Of a DNA stretch of 64,000 nucleotides, positions 49,461 to 61,123 are shown piece after piece (positions within the stretch are counted from its first letter, which is position 1; each line of letters opens with the position of its first letter). The stretch comes from an uncultured Dictyoglomota bacterium. Its GTDB lineage: Bacteria > Dictyoglomota > Dictyoglomia > Dictyoglomales > Dictyoglomaceae. The stretch spans positions 32,001 to 96,000 of the forward strand of contig CAZZIO010000040.1 in NCBI GenBank assembly GCA_964654465.1, written 5' to 3'. The notes beneath the pieces were generated by a model that was not told the DNA's origin, made no database searches, and saw only the letters and a list, made by a program, of their open reading frames with translations. The translations under genes and the position numbers were made by a program.

Positions 49461-50776
49461 ACTATCTCTCCTAATAAATCATAAGATTTGTATTTTTTAA
49501 TTCTAACCTTTACTTTTTCGCCCATTTTAATTTTCTTTTTTTCTGCCCCTACTATGTAGATAAGACCATCTACTTCTGGAGCTTCTCTCCAACTTCTTCC
49601 GTAAAAATATCGCCCATCAAAACCTTCTACTATAACTTCTAACTCTTTATTTACCATCTTTTTATTTAAATCCTTAGATATTTCCTTTTGTGTACTCATA
49701 ATAATATCTACCCTTTTTTTCTTTTCTTCTTCATCTATTTGCTCTGGAAGATTTTGGGCTTTGGTACCATCCTCCGGATAATATGGAAAAACTCCAAGTC
49801 TATCAAAATAGTATTCTTGTATGAAATTATATAATTCCTCAAACTTTTTTTCTGATTCTCCTGGAAATCCAACAATAAATGTAGTTCTAATTATAGCATC
49901 AGGAAAATTTTCACGAATCTTATTCCAAATATTAATTATTTCATTTTTTCCATAACTTCTATTCATATTTTTAAGGATCTCATCATTAACATGTTGTAAG
50001 GGAATATCAAAATAAGGCACAATCTTCTCAGAATTCTTTATAAGTTGGATAATTTCATTACCTAATCTACTTGGATACAAATATAGCAATCTTATATAAA
50101 AATCTCCTTCAATTTTTTCAAGCTTACTAAGAAGTCTTGCTAAGGAAGGTTTTCCATACAAATCTTCACCATATCTTGTGGTATCTTGAGATATCATATT
50201 AATCTCTTTTACACCATTTCTTATTAATTTCTCTACCTCATTTACAATATCTTCTATCTCTCTACTTCGCATCCTACCCCTTATATACGGAATAGTACAA
50301 TAACTACAAAAATTATTACATCCTTCTGATATTTTCACATATGCACTATAAGGAGTAAAAAGTAATCGGGTCATTGCAGAAGTATAAAGAAAGTTAGAAG
50401 CTGGAGAGGTAATAACTTTTTCCGTAAATCCGTTATCCTTATTCAACAAATTTTTGAAATTCATATATTCACCAGGACCTATAAACAAATCTACAAATGG
50501 GAATTTACTCTCCAAATCCTTTTTAAATCTTTCCACAAGGCAACCTGTAACTACTATCTTTTTACCTAATTTCTTATATTTTTCTAATGAACGTATACTA
50601 CTTTCCGATTCCTCTAAAGCAGGTTTTATAAAAGCGCAAGTATTAACTAATAGAATATCTGCCTCTTCTTCTGAGGATGTAAGAGTATATCCTAATTCTT
50701 TCAAAAATCCTAAAATTATTTCTGTATCCACTTGATTTTTAGCGCAACCTAAATGTATTATACCTGCCTTTTTCAT
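49457..50776 (-). CDS. rimO: Ribosomal protein S12 methylthiotransferase
   Basis: LGCAKNQVD, NTCAFI, GCNNFCSYCTIP, FIVGFPGE, APEVDG TRAM domain. Confidence 0.95.
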   Translation of the reverse strand: MKKAGIIHLGCAKNQVDTEIILGFLKELGYTLTSSEEEADILLVNTCAFIKPALEESESSIRSLEKYKKLGKKIVVTGCLVERFKKDLESKFPFVDLFIGPGEYMNFKNLLNKDNGFTEKVITSPASNFLYTSAMTRLLFTPYSAYVKISEGCNNFCSYCTIPYIRGRMRSREIEDIVNEVEKLIRNGVKEINMISQDTTRYGEDLYGKPSLARLLSKLEKIEGDFYIRLLYLYPSRLGNEIIQLIKNSEKIVPYFDIPLQHVNDEILKNMNRSYGKNEIINIWNKIRENFPDAIIRTTFIVGFPGESEKKFEELYNFIQEYYFDRLGVFPYYPEDGTKAQNLPEQIDEEEKKKRVDIIMSTQKEISKDLNKKMVNKELEVIVEGFDGRYFYGRSWREAPEVDGLIYIVGAEKKKIKMGEKVKVRIKKYKSYDLLGEIV

Positions 50777-51516
50777 GGTACCTTTACTTTTATTACTTCT
50801 CCTCTTTTTCCTAAAACTCCCATGCTTTGTTCATTATAAAATATTTCTATACCCCCTGCATTTCCTATATGAAAATATAAAGATGTATAAGTCCAAGTTA
50901 ATGTATCTCCCTTATTTAAAATTCCCTCATAAATAATTTTTTCATCATTGAAAACCCTAATCCAAGTTCTTTCATTGGCACATACCTTTATAGTAGAACT
51001 TAATGTATTTTCACCCTGGGGAAAGATCGTCTCAGTAGAAGTATAAGTAAAGCTTCCAAGGAAATATGTATATGAACTTTCTTGCTGATTACTTATAGAA
51101 TAAAGAGTATATGTAGGTTCTTTTTGAGTTATTGATCTTGATTGAAAATATGATGATATAAAAATAGTTGTTAAGAGTATAACAACAACCAAGATATATA
51201 CTCCATATTTCCACTCACAACTACTTCTATCCTTATTTTGTAAAGGTATCTCTATTTTATCTTCCTTTCTCCCATACTGTGAGTAGTATAAATCTATGAT
51301 ATTACTTTCATTTAGGCCAATAATATTTGCATATTTCTTAATGATTGCCTTTTTATAAAAATCAGATAGATTAACCTTATCAAAAGTATCATTCTCTATA
51401 GCTTCTAAATATCTATAACTTATCTTTAAAAGAGAAGAAACCTCTTTTAAATCTAATCCTTTCTTCTCTCTCTCTTCTCTAAATATCTCTCCTAAGCTTT
51501 TAGTCTCTCCAACCAT
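50773..51516 (-). CDS. rodZ: RodZ-like protein (HTH, TM, DUF4115)
   Basis: N-terminal HTH (YLEAIEN), one TM helix, C-terminal WIRV...IGNAGG; rodZ-rimO-pgsA synteny. Confidence 0.82.
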   Translation of the reverse strand: MVGETKSLGEIFREEREKKGLDLKEVSSLLKISYRYLEAIENDTFDKVNLSDFYKKAIIKKYANIIGLNESNIIDLYYSQYGRKEDKIEIPLQNKDRSSCEWKYGVYILVVVILLTTIFISSYFQSRSITQKEPTYTLYSISNQQESSYTYFLGSFTYTSTETIFPQGENTLSSTIKVCANERTWIRVFNDEKIIYEGILNKGDTLTWTYTSLYFHIGNAGGIEIFYNEQSMGVLGKRGEVIKVKVP

Positions 51517-52211
51517 GTCAACTCTCTTTTACTCAAAAACCTAATATCTCCTGGTTTTAAATTTCCAAGCTTTATTTCTCCTATTTGTATCCTTTTCAAT
51601 TTTAACACTTCATAATTAAACAAGGATAACATTCTCCTTATCTGTCTTTTCCACCCTTGATATAAAACCACTCTAAGCATGCTTATATTTCCTTTAGCCC
51701 AAAGTATTACAAATTCAGCTGGTAATGTTTTTCCTTCTTCTAAAATAACACCTTCTCTCAGTTTTTTCAACTCTTCTTCTTTCGGAATTCCTTTTACCAT
51801 TACTTCATAAACCTTAGGTATTTTATATTTCGGATGAATAATATAATTAGCAATCTCCCCATCATTAGTACAAAGTAAAAGACCTTCGCTATCTTGATCT
51901 AATCTTCCTACAGGATATACCCTATAGGATATATTTTTGATTAATAAAAGATCTTTTACTGTTTTTCTTCCAAAGGGATCATATAAGCTTGATATATAGC
52001 CCACAGGCTTATATAAAGCCAAATAGATCTTTTTTTCTGGAATTAAAATTTTTCCTTCTACTTCTACTCTATCTTTCTCTGGATCTATTTTATAACCTAA
52101 GGTAGTTATTACATTTCCATTTACTTTTACCTTACCTTGAATAATAAGTTCCTCTGCTTTTCTACGAGAAGCAAAACCGCATTCTGCAATATATTTTTGA
52201 AGTCTTTCCAT
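51492..52211 (-). CDS. rluB: Ribosomal large subunit pseudouridine synthase B family
   Basis: ERLQKYIA...SRRKAE S4 domain, GRLDQDSEGLLL, QIRRM; follows scpB. Confidence 0.9.
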   Translation of the reverse strand: MERLQKYIAECGFASRRKAEELIIQGKVKVNGNVITTLGYKIDPEKDRVEVEGKILIPEKKIYLALYKPVGYISSLYDPFGRKTVKDLLLIKNISYRVYPVGRLDQDSEGLLLCTNDGEIANYIIHPKYKIPKVYEVMVKGIPKEEELKKLREGVILEEGKTLPAEFVILWAKGNISMLRVVLYQGWKRQIRRMLSLFNYEVLKLKRIQIGEIKLGNLKPGDIRFLSKRELTWLERLKA

Positions 52212-52213
52212 AC

Positions 52214-52723
52214 CTATTTTTTAACTCTTTCCTCTAATTCTTTTTTATCTTCTATAATAAAATATCTAAAGAATTCTTCTCCAATTCCATATATAAAGGG
52301 TCTTCCAATAGTCTCTTTTCTTCCTATAATCCTTATAAGCCTTCGCTCTAATAAATTAGAAAGAATTCCATCAACTTTTGTTCCCTTTATAGCTTCTATC
52401 TCAGTCTTTGTTATAGGTTGATGATAATAGATTATAGCAAGCACCTCTAAAGCTGATCTTGATAATCTCTCAGTACCCTTAGATGTATATCTCCATACAG
52501 CTTCTGCAGCATCTGGAGAGGTTGCAAATTCATATCCATCATTTATTTTATAAATATTAATACCTCTTTCTTCATACTCTTTTTTAAGTTCTTCCAATAA
52601 TTCCTCCACCTCTTTATCATCTATATCCAAGATTTTAGCTATCTCCTTAGAAGAAATAGGTTTCTCAGAAACAAAAAGAATAGCTTCTATCTGTTTTTTA
52701 TACTTTTGTCTCAACTCTCTCAT
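52214..52723 (-). CDS. scpB: SMC-Scp complex subunit ScpB
   Basis: IEAILF, LSRSALEVLAIIYYHQPITKTEIEAIKG, GRPFIY. Confidence 0.93.
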   Translation of the reverse strand: MRELRQKYKKQIEAILFVSEKPISSKEIAKILDIDDKEVEELLEELKKEYEERGINIYKINDGYEFATSPDAAEAVWRYTSKGTERLSRSALEVLAIIYYHQPITKTEIEAIKGTKVDGILSNLLERRLIRIIGRKETIGRPFIYGIGEEFFRYFIIEDKKELEERVKK

Positions 52724-53372
52724 CTTCCACCACTTTAAAAATTATCTCTCCTAAATATTCATTTTGGAAAACCACAACCTTTCCTTTATTTGCTAAATCA
52801 CATAAAGCAAGAAAATAACAGATTTTATCTATTTTATTTTTCCCCTTCACTATCTCCGAAAATTTTCCTTCTTTTTTAGCCATAATATCCAAAGCTTTAT
52901 TTTCAATATCTATTGTAAAATGATCCTCTAAATAATTTAAATTCTGTATTAAGCTTTTTTTTCTTTCCAGAAAGAGAAGATAAATTTCTGTCAAATTTAT
53001 TTTTTCATTTTGATTCAAAATTAATACGTCTTCCTTTTTGCTAAAATCTCGTCTAAATATGAGAAGGCTCCTTTCCTCTTTTTCCTTTAGATAAGGAACC
53101 AATTCTCTCCAATCATCAGAAAAAAGCAAAAATTCATCTTCCTTTTTCTCTCCGTCAGATATATCCTTCTTTCTTAAACCGAATAATCTTTTAATTTTAC
53201 TCTCTAATATTTCTACTGTTACATCTAAAAAAGATGTCGTAAGCTCAAGATCATTCCACTTATTTTCTCCCAATGAGTAATACTGATCAATCAAATCCTT
53301 AAGAGGAAAAATAGATATATCAATCTCCTTTTGCAAAAATTCTTTTATTGTGAGAAATGGATTAATTACCAT
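52698..53372 (-). CDS. scpA: Segregation/condensation protein A (divergent kleisin)
   Basis: EIDI..FPL..LIDQY, ESKIKRL, C-terminal YFLALCDL...Q...GEI; trpS-scpA-scpB-rluB synteny. Confidence 0.7.
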   Translation of the reverse strand: MVINPFLTIKEFLQKEIDISIFPLKDLIDQYYSLGENKWNDLELTTSFLDVTVEILESKIKRLFGLRKKDISDGEKKEDEFLLFSDDWRELVPYLKEKEERSLLIFRRDFSKKEDVLILNQNEKINLTEIYLLFLERKKSLIQNLNYLEDHFTIDIENKALDIMAKKEGKFSEIVKGKNKIDKICYFLALCDLANKGKVVVFQNEYLGEIIFKVVEDERVETKV

Positions 53373-54358
53373 TTTACCTTTAATCCCATAGCTTCTCTAA
53401 CAATATCCATGGTTTTTTGGGCTTCTTCTCGAGCCTTTTTATTTCCTTCAAATAGAATATCCCAAGTAGTCTTTTCATCATTAAAATAAACCTTACGTTT
53501 TTCCCTAATAGGTGTCAAAAAACTATTTAATTTTTCTGAAAGTTTCATTTTACACTCCACACATCCAATCTCAGCCCTTCTACAGGCCTCTGCAATCTCT
53601 TCAGTTTCCTCTTTATTAAAGATTTTATGATAAGCAAAAACAGTACAAACTTCTGGATGTCCTGGATCATTTCTCCTTATACGTGCAGGATCAGTTACCA
53701 TCCCTCTTATTATCTTTTTAAGTTCTTCCTCCTCTGTATCTAAAGGAATTGTATTGCCATAACTTTTTGACATTTTTCTCCCATCTGTCCCTACAAGTTC
53801 TGGGACATCAGAAAGTTTAGCTTGAGGTTCTGGAAATATGGGAGAATAAAAATAATTAAATCTTCTTGCTATCTCTCGAGTAAGTTCTAAATGAGGTAAC
53901 TGATCCTCTCCAACAGGGACAGTATCAGCTCTATAAATTAAAATATCTGCAGCTTGGAGAACAGGATACCCTAAGAATCCATATGTAAAAAGGTCTCTTC
54001 CTTCCATCTCTCTTAACTGCTCTTTATAGGTAGGATTTCTTTCTAACCATGGTAAGGGTACAAACATGGAAAATAACAGAAAAAGTTCAGCATGCTCAGT
54101 TATATCTGATTGCCTAAATATCACAGCTTTGTTAGGATCTATTCCCACTGCTAACCAATCACATATCATATTAAAAACATTATCTTTCACCTCTTCTGTC
54201 TCCCTATAATGTGTGGTCAAGGCATGCCAGTCAGCAATTTCAAAAAAACATTCATAGGAATCTTGAAGTTCTACCCAATTCTTTAAAACTCCCAAAAGAT
54301 GCCCCAAATGCAATTTCCCCGTTGGTCTCATACCACTTAATATTCTCCCAGCCTTCAT
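53366..54358 (-). CDS. trpS: Tryptophan--tRNA ligase
   Basis: SGMRPTGKLHLGH, YPVLQAADIL, VPVGEDQ, KMSKS. Confidence 0.97.
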   Translation of the reverse strand: MKAGRILSGMRPTGKLHLGHLLGVLKNWVELQDSYECFFEIADWHALTTHYRETEEVKDNVFNMICDWLAVGIDPNKAVIFRQSDITEHAELFLLFSMFVPLPWLERNPTYKEQLREMEGRDLFTYGFLGYPVLQAADILIYRADTVPVGEDQLPHLELTREIARRFNYFYSPIFPEPQAKLSDVPELVGTDGRKMSKSYGNTIPLDTEEEELKKIIRGMVTDPARIRRNDPGHPEVCTVFAYHKIFNKEETEEIAEACRRAEIGCVECKMKLSEKLNSFLTPIREKRKVYFNDEKTTWDILFEGNKKAREEAQKTMDIVREAMGLKVKW

Positions 54359-54405
54359 CCAAAACCCTCCTAGATAATTCAGTATTTTTTCAAGATAGGA
54401 TTATA

Positions 54406-55011
54406 TCAAAAATTTAGTCCTAAAAGATAAAAGAAGAAACTTAAAAAGGGACTCATAATTATATAAAGAACATTAGTCAAAATAAGAATCATTAGGATAA
54501 ATATGCCATAAATTCCTAAAGATCGATAATACCTTCTATATTTATAAGGAAGAATCGCTTCTAATACATGAGAACCATCTAAAGGGGGAATAGGTATTAA
54601 ATTAAAAACGCCTAAAAAAACATTAAGAATAGCAAGCTCTATACAGAATCTGATAAAACCAATCGGAATATATAATCCTTCTATTCTCCAAAACATACTT
54701 ACTAAAAAAGCTAAGGTAAAATTAGCAAAAGGACCAGCCAAAGATACTAAAACTATACTTTTTTCTCCCCTTCTTAAATTATCAAAATTAACTGGAACAG
54801 GCTTTGCCCAACCAAACCTAAAAAGAAGTAGCATTAAAAAACCAATAGGATCTATATGAGCTAAAGGGTTCAAGCTTAACCTACCTGAAAGACGAGGAGT
54901 AGGATCTCCTTCTATTTCAGCCATCTTTCCATGAGCATATTCATGAACTGTTATTGCTATCAATATGGCTACTATTCTCCACAAATATAATACTAAGTTA
55001 TTAAATACCAT
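54406..55011 (-). CDS. Site-2 protease family (M50) membrane metalloprotease
   Basis: HEYAH, GDPTP, AGPFAN, FNLIPIPPLDGS. Confidence 0.92.
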   Translation of the reverse strand: MVFNNLVLYLWRIVAILIAITVHEYAHGKMAEIEGDPTPRLSGRLSLNPLAHIDPIGFLMLLLFRFGWAKPVPVNFDNLRRGEKSIVLVSLAGPFANFTLAFLVSMFWRIEGLYIPIGFIRFCIELAILNVFLGVFNLIPIPPLDGSHVLEAILPYKYRRYYRSLGIYGIFILMILILTNVLYIIMSPFLSFFFYLLGLNF

Positions 55012-55020
55012 AAATACCTC

Positions 55021-56322
55021 CTACATAATTATATCCAATATTAATGGTAATGGCTCCCTTTTATGGGGACCTATTTTTATCGCTTCTTTAAATATCTCTT
55101 GAGCTTTTCTTAATTTTTCAGCATCATTAGCATAAAAAGTTACTATAGGTTCATTTTTAGTAACTTTATCTCCTATCTTCTTATGCAATTTTAAACCAAC
55201 ATAAAGATCAATTTTATCATCCTTTTTAGCCCTTCCTGCACCTAAGGTCATCACCGTTTGAGCTACCCTGTATGCATCTAACTCTTCAATATACCCTTCT
55301 TCTAAGGTATATATCTCCTTTTGTACTTTGGCATTTAAAAGAGGAGAGTAATCATCAATAATCTTAAAATCTCCACCCTGATAAATTATTAAATCTCTAA
55401 GTTTATTCAAAGCCTTTCCACTTAGCAAAGCACTCTTAACTTTTTCTCTCAAAATCTCGTCATCTTCTTCTCCAGCAACTTTAAGGGCAACAATTGATAA
55501 AACCGTTACTAACTCTATTAGATCTGAAGGGCCTCTACCCTTTAATACCTCTATTGCCTCTAATACTTCTAAAGAATTACCAACAGCGTTTCCTAAGGGC
55601 TGGTCCATTTGAGATATTACAGCAGCCATTTTTCTACCCATATTTTTTCCAATCTCAACCATGATTTTAGCCAACTCCTTAGCTGAATTTATATCTTTCA
55701 TAAATGCACCTTTACCTACCTTAACATCCAATACAATTACATCCGAACCTCCTGCTATCTTTTTACTCATTACGCTACTTGCGATAAGAGGAATAGAATC
55801 AACAGTTCCTGTTACATCTCTTAAAGCATATATTTTTTTATCAGCTGGTACTAAATTCTCTGTTTGACCTACTATAGCTATTCCTATTTCTTTAACTTGC
55901 TTAATAAATTCTTCATCGGATAAATAAGTTCTAAAACCTGGGATTGACTCTAATTTATCAATAGTACCTCCTGTATGTCCCAGACTCCTTCCTGACATTT
56001 TTGGTACAGGATACCCTAAGGATGCAATAAGAGGAGCAAAAACTAATGTTGTTTTATCACCTACACCCCCTGTACTATGTTTATCTATTTTTGTTCCTGG
56101 AATATTTGATAAATCTAAAACCTTACCTGAAAAAGCCATTTCCTTTGTTAAAGAAACAATCTCTTGAATATTCATACCTCTAAAATAAATTGCCATAAGC
56201 AAAGCCGACATTTGATAATCTGGTATATCTCCCTTTACATAACCATTAACTATATATGATATTTCATCGTCAGTTAATGGATATCCATCTCTCTTTTTAA
56301 TAATAAGATCTACCATATTCAT
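55021..56322 (-). CDS. pdp: Pyrimidine-nucleoside phosphorylase
   Basis: [41 protein letters not shown]; start ATG 56322 preferred. Confidence 0.96.
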   Translation of the reverse strand: MNMVDLIIKKRDGYPLTDDEISYIVNGYVKGDIPDYQMSALLMAIYFRGMNIQEIVSLTKEMAFSGKVLDLSNIPGTKIDKHSTGGVGDKTTLVFAPLIASLGYPVPKMSGRSLGHTGGTIDKLESIPGFRTYLSDEEFIKQVKEIGIAIVGQTENLVPADKKIYALRDVTGTVDSIPLIASSVMSKKIAGGSDVIVLDVKVGKGAFMKDINSAKELAKIMVEIGKNMGRKMAAVISQMDQPLGNAVGNSLEVLEAIEVLKGRGPSDLIELVTVLSIVALKVAGEEDDEILREKVKSALLSGKALNKLRDLIIYQGGDFKIIDDYSPLLNAKVQKEIYTLEEGYIEELDAYRVAQTVMTLGAGRAKKDDKIDLYVGLKLHKKIGDKVTKNEPIVTFYANDAEKLRKAQEIFKEAIKIGPHKREPLPLILDIIM

Positions 56323-57503
56323 AATATATTCCACCCTTTCTGAATAATACTTAAGAAACTCTCCCCATCAAGATTATTTTCAACCTTAAAGTAATCTGCT
56401 ATCGTCTTTCCTAAATTAGCAAATGTCCTTTGTATCCCTAAAGAATAGTTGTTTTTAAAATCTGGAGAATAGATAAGCAGAGGAACATACTCTCTTGAAT
56501 GATCCGTACTTGGAGTTGTAGGATCACATCCATGATCTGCGGTTATTATTAAAAGATCTTTATCAGATAATAATTTCATAATCATTGGTAAGGCTTTATC
56601 AAACTCTTCCAAAGCTTTAGCCATACCCAAAGGATCATTTCTATGACCGTAAAGGGTATCAAAATCTACTAAATTTACAAAAATGAGACCCTCTTTTAAT
56701 TCGTTCCAAGCAAGAAAAATATTTTCTATACCCTCTGCATTATTTTTTTGATGAAGAGAATATGTTAATCCTCTTCCTGCAAAAATATCTTCTATCTTTC
56801 CTACCCCAATTACATCATAATCATTATTTTTTAAAAGATCTAAAAGAGTATTACGGGGCGGAGGTAATGAAAAATCTTTTCTCTTAGGAGTACGATAAAA
56901 ATTTCCAGAGGTTCCTGCAAAAGGTCTCGCAATAACCCTTGCAACCGCATGTTCACCATGTAAAATACTACGAGCTATTTCACACATTCTATATAACTCT
57001 TCTACAGGGATAATATCCTCATGAGCTGCAATCTGAAACACACTATCTGCTGATGTGTAAACAATAGGATAACCAGTTTTAATATGTTCTTCTCCCAATT
57101 CCTTAATTATCTCTGTTCCTGAAGCAGGCTTATTCCCTAAAACTTTCCTCCCAATAGCTTTTTCAAATTTTTCTATTATTTCTTTTGGAAATCCATTTGG
57201 GTAAGTAGGAAAGGGTTTATCCAAAATTATACCTGATATTTCCCAATGACCAGTAGTAGTATCTTTTCCTGGAGAAGCTTCAGCCATCTTTCCATAAAAT
57301 GCCAAAGGCTTTTCTTCGTAAGGAATTCCTTTTATAGGATATATATTAGATAAACCTAATTTACCCATATTAGGTAAATTTAATCCTCCCACTGCTTCTG
57401 CTGTATTTGCTAATGTGTTACTTCCTTCATCTCCATACTTAGAAGCATCAGGAAGCTCACCAATTCCCACTCCATCTAATACTATTAATATTACACGTTT
57501 CAT
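56319..57503 (-). CDS. deoB: Phosphopentomutase
   Basis: [44 protein letters not shown]. Confidence 0.97.
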   Translation of the reverse strand: MKRVILIVLDGVGIGELPDASKYGDEGSNTLANTAEAVGGLNLPNMGKLGLSNIYPIKGIPYEEKPLAFYGKMAEASPGKDTTTGHWEISGIILDKPFPTYPNGFPKEIIEKFEKAIGRKVLGNKPASGTEIIKELGEEHIKTGYPIVYTSADSVFQIAAHEDIIPVEELYRMCEIARSILHGEHAVARVIARPFAGTSGNFYRTPKRKDFSLPPPRNTLLDLLKNNDYDVIGVGKIEDIFAGRGLTYSLHQKNNAEGIENIFLAWNELKEGLIFVNLVDFDTLYGHRNDPLGMAKALEEFDKALPMIMKLLSDKDLLIITADHGCDPTTPSTDHSREYVPLLIYSPDFKNNYSLGIQRTFANLGKTIADYFKVENNLDGESFLSIIQKGWNIL

Positions 57504-58390
57504 TTTTCTTGCCTCCGCCCCAAAGGATGTGCTCTTCTATAAACTTCATGTAATTTACTAGAAACTACATGAGTATATATTTGCGTCGTAGATATATCAG
57601 AGTGACCAAGAAGCTCCTGAACAATACGGATATCAGCACCATTCATCAGTAAATGAGTAGCAAAGGTATGTCTAAAAGTATGTGGAGATACTTTTTTAGA
57701 TAAACCTAAGACCTTAGAATATACTTTTATGATATACCAAACACCTTGTCTTGTAATCCTATATCCTTTTTTATTTAAAAATAAAGCATCGCTATCTACA
57801 GGCTTAAAATATTCCCTTACTTTAAGATATTTCTCAATACTCTCTGAAGCGTACTCTCCTATTGGAACAATTCTTTCCTTTTCTCCTTTTCCAAAACACC
57901 TTATATATTTTTCTTTCAAGTTAACATTGTATAAATTTAGATTAACTAACTCAGAAACCCTTATACCTGTACCGTATAGGGTTTCCAAAATAGCCTGATT
58001 CCTAATACCTAAAGGAGAGGAAGGATCAGGAAGATCTAAAATACTATCTATCTCTTTTTTATCTAAAACCTCAGGAAGATAAATAGGTATTTTAGGAGTC
58101 AGTATTATACTTCCATAATTTTTAGAAAGATAGCCTTCTCTTATGAGAAATTTCAAAAAAGTTCTTATAGCTGAAATCTTTCGGGCAATAGATTTTATCT
58201 TATACTCCTTATATAAGGTAGATAGATATTTCTGCCAATCTTCTCTATTAAAATCCTTTAAATTCTTCTTCTCTCCTTTTAAGAATGAAATAAAATGTTC
58301 TAAATCCCTTTTATATGCTTCTAAAGTATTAGAGGATAAATTTTTTTCGAATTTCAAATAAAAAAGAAAATCTTCTAATTTATCCCTCAT
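57500..58390 (-). CDS. xerD: Site-specific tyrosine recombinase XerD
   Basis: [42 protein letters not shown]; xerD-deoB-pdp synteny. Confidence 0.9.
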   Translation of the reverse strand: MRDKLEDFLFYLKFEKNLSSNTLEAYKRDLEHFISFLKGEKKNLKDFNREDWQKYLSTLYKEYKIKSIARKISAIRTFLKFLIREGYLSKNYGSIILTPKIPIYLPEVLDKKEIDSILDLPDPSSPLGIRNQAILETLYGTGIRVSELVNLNLYNVNLKEKYIRCFGKGEKERIVPIGEYASESIEKYLKVREYFKPVDSDALFLNKKGYRITRQGVWYIIKVYSKVLGLSKKVSPHTFRHTFATHLLMNGADIRIVQELLGHSDISTTQIYTHVVSSKLHEVYRRAHPLGRRQEK

Positions 58391-59106
58391 AGACTTTCTC
58401 TTATCTTATACAAAATAATTCCAAGAGCAACTGATACATTCAATGAGTTCACTTTTCCATAGGGTGATATCTTCACTAAAAAATCACAAGATTCTTTAAC
58501 AAGCCTGTGAAGACCCTCACCTTCGCTCCCTATTACTAAAGCCAAAGGAAATCTGTATTTTACTTTATCGAATTCAATATCAGTATCCAAATCCGCGCCT
58601 ACTATAAAGAAATTCTCCTCTTTAAGATCCCTTAAAAAATTTGCCACATTAGATACTCTAACAACAGGTATAAAAGATAAAGCACCAGCTGAAGCCTTAA
58701 AAACAGTAGGAGTTAATCCAACACTTCTAAATTTAGGGATTACAATAGCAGATGCCCCTAAAAACTCACAGGTTCGAGCAATCGCACCTAAGTTTCTCGG
58801 ATCTTGAATATGATCTAAAATTACGATTATGCTATTATTATCCAACTTTGTTTTTAAGTCTTCCCAAGAAACATATGGAACAGATGAGACAATAGCTAAT
58901 ATACCTTGAGAATTATCTTTTACTTCATTATCAATAAAATTTCTATCCACATATTGAATAGGTATATTTTTCTCTTTAGCAAGGTTTATTATCTCCTTGA
59001 ATTTTTTATCAAAATGAATACCCTTTGCAATATAAATCTTGTTTATATTCAAATCTCCTTTTAAAGCCTCTAAAACAGGATTTTTTCCATATATTTTCTC
59101 TTCCAT
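58387..59106 (-). CDS. rlmB: 23S rRNA (guanosine(2251)-2'-O)-methyltransferase, TrmH family
   Basis: YGKNPVLEAL, DPRNLGAIAR, GSEGEG, SLNVSVA; start ATG 59106. Confidence 0.92.
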   Translation of the reverse strand: MEEKIYGKNPVLEALKGDLNINKIYIAKGIHFDKKFKEIINLAKEKNIPIQYVDRNFIDNEVKDNSQGILAIVSSVPYVSWEDLKTKLDNNSIIVILDHIQDPRNLGAIARTCEFLGASAIVIPKFRSVGLTPTVFKASAGALSFIPVVRVSNVANFLRDLKEENFFIVGADLDTDIEFDKVKYRFPLALVIGSEGEGLHRLVKESCDFLVKISPYGKVNSLNVSVALGIILYKIRESL

Positions 59107-59123
59107 AAAAACTCTCCTTTTAT

Positions 59124-59618
59124 TCAATATGCAATTAAAACTACTGCAAAGGCTGCAATTCCCTCTTTTCTCCCAATAAAACCCAATCCTTCGTTAGTAG
59201 TAGCCTTTATATTTACAGCTGATTTATCTATTCCTAAAGTAAAAGATATTTTCTCAATAATAGCTTCTCTATAAGGTAAAACCTTTGGCTCTTCTGCAAT
59301 AATCATACCATCAATATTAATAATTTTTATCTTTCTTTCCTCTAAAAGACTTCTTACTTTTTCTAGTATGAGTATACTTGATATGCCTTTATAATTTATA
59401 TCCGTATTTGGAAAATAATATCCAATATCATAAAGTCCAGAGGCACCAAGAAGAGCATCCGAGATAGCATGAATAAGTACATCTCCATCAGAATGTCCCT
59501 TTAATCCCTTTGGATAAGGAATCTTTACCCCACCTATATATAAATCTTTTCCTTCTTCAAAAGGATGTACGTCATAACCTAAACCAACTCTAATATTTTG
59601 GAAATGTAATCTATCCAT
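59124..59618 (-). CDS. ispF: 2-C-methyl-D-erythritol 2,4-cyclodiphosphate synthase
   Basis: [29 protein letters not shown]. Confidence 0.97.
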   Translation of the reverse strand: MDRLHFQNIRVGLGYDVHPFEEGKDLYIGGVKIPYPKGLKGHSDGDVLIHAISDALLGASGLYDIGYYFPNTDINYKGISSILILEKVRSLLEERKIKIINIDGMIIAEEPKVLPYREAIIEKISFTLGIDKSAVNIKATTNEGLGFIGRKEGIAAFAVVLIAY

Positions 59619-60271
59619 ATTAAATCTTCCTTTGTAGTAATTTTTATGTTAAAAGGATCTCCTTCCACTATGTATACTGGATAACCCAATCTTTCTAATA
59701 ATACAGCATCATCGGTGCCTAAAAATCCATCTTGAAGAGCCTTATTATGAGCTTCTAATAATAAATTATATGGAAACATTTGGGGTGTTTGAATAAGCCA
59801 TATCTTTTTTCTTTCTAAGGTAGCCTCTACCCTTCCTTTTTCATCTACTAACTTTACTGTATCTTTTGAAGGGATACCTAAAATACCAGAAGTTTTTCTT
59901 TCAATACAAAAATCTATTAATTTCTCTATATTCTCTATCTTTACAAAGGGTCTTGCTGCATCATGTATTATTACATATTCACATGGTTCCTCGATACTCC
60001 TAATCCCATTACAGACAGAATGTTGCCTTTCTTTGCCCCCTACTACTAATTTTATTTTTTTTGATAAATTCCATTCTTTAATCTTTTCTTGATAAAAATT
60101 TATCTTATCCTCTCTAACTACTAATATTAACTCTGATATTCTTTTGACCCTATCAAAAGTCCTCAAAGAATAGTAAATCAGAGGCTTATCTTTAATTTCC
60201 ACAAGAAGTTTATCATCCCCAAATCTTACACTCTTTCCTCCAGCCACAATTATACCTACTATTTTTTCCAA
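59579..60271 (-). CDS. ispD: 2-C-methyl-D-erythritol 4-phosphate cytidylyltransferase
   Basis: [39 protein letters not shown]. Confidence 0.95.
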   Translation of the reverse strand: MEKIVGIIVAGGKSVRFGDDKLLVEIKDKPLIYYSLRTFDRVKRISELILVVREDKINFYQEKIKEWNLSKKIKLVVGGKERQHSVCNGIRSIEEPCEYVIIHDAARPFVKIENIEKLIDFCIERKTSGILGIPSKDTVKLVDEKGRVEATLERKKIWLIQTPQMFPYNLLLEAHNKALQDGFLGTDDAVLLERLGYPVYIVEGDPFNIKITTKEDLIWIDYISKILELV

Positions 60272-61068
60272 TGATCCTTATCCTCCCTTACCCTACCAAA
60301 GATAAGTCTTCCTGCAGCAGTTTGAAAGACACTTGTAACAACAACTTTTACAGTTTGTCCTATATATTTTCTTCCATTTTCCACTACCACCATAGTTCCA
60401 TCCTCTAAATAGGCAACCCCTTGTCCAGCCTCTTTTCCTTCTTTAACAATATTTAGAGTAAGCTCTTCTCCTGGTAAATATATTGGTTTTACAGCATTCG
60501 ATAACTCATTTATATTTAACACCGTTATACCTTCTATTTTAGCAAGTTTATTTAATCCATAATCATTAGTTACTATTTTACCCTTCAAAAGTTTCGCTAA
60601 CTTTACCAATTTAGAATCCACACTTTGAATTTTAGGAAAGTCCATATCTACAATTACTACTTGATCTCCCAATTCTTTTCTTATTTGATTTAGATTATCA
60701 AGTCCAAATCTTCCCCTATTCTTTTTTAAAGATTCTGAAGAATCGGCGAGTTGTTGCAATTCCTTTAAAATAAAGCGGGGAATAATTATTTTCCCTTCTA
60801 TAAAATTTGTCTTCAATATATCTACTATTCTTCCATCTATAATTACACTTGTATCAAGTATTTTTACATACGGGAAATTATTAAAATCAAAAAACCTCAT
60901 TCTGAAAATAAAATAAATATATATAGCAAAGACTAAAAAGGCAAAAATAAAATTTAATATATAAAGAGTATTGCATTTGTTATAAAAAAAAGACATGAAT
61001 GAAAAAACTAAGAGACCTACAAATAACAAAGAAACTATTATAAACCATAATTTCCAAAGTTTTTTCAT
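60259..61068 (-). CDS. PIN/TRAM domain membrane protein (YacL-like)
   Basis: [45 protein letters not shown]; disA-yacL-ispD synteny. Confidence 0.9.
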   Translation of the reverse strand: MKKLWKLWFIIVSLLFVGLLVFSFMSFFYNKCNTLYILNFIFAFLVFAIYIYFIFRMRFFDFNNFPYVKILDTSVIIDGRIVDILKTNFIEGKIIIPRFILKELQQLADSSESLKKNRGRFGLDNLNQIRKELGDQVVIVDMDFPKIQSVDSKLVKLAKLLKGKIVTNDYGLNKLAKIEGITVLNINELSNAVKPIYLPGEELTLNIVKEGKEAGQGVAYLEDGTMVVVENGRKYIGQTVKVVVTSVFQTAAGRLIFGRVREDKDHWKK

Positions 61069-61123
61069 AAAATCTCAGTCCCCCAAAAAAAATATTTAAA
61101 TAAATCCCCTAAAAAAATAAATA

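Noticed and set aside
54359-54405. Possible T-box leaders before trpS (and ileS)
   Set aside because: The intergenic regions are far too short and lack the T-box consensus.
57500-58390. Tyrosine recombinase as a possible integrase or mobile element
   Set aside because: XerD-like sequence in conserved xerD-deoB-pdp context; no att sites, tRNA or cargo genes seen.
61079-61123. Short direct repeat TCCCC(C/T)AAAAAAATA between disA and the PIN/TRAM gene
   Set aside because: Only two low-complexity copies; no spacer structure or evidence of function.
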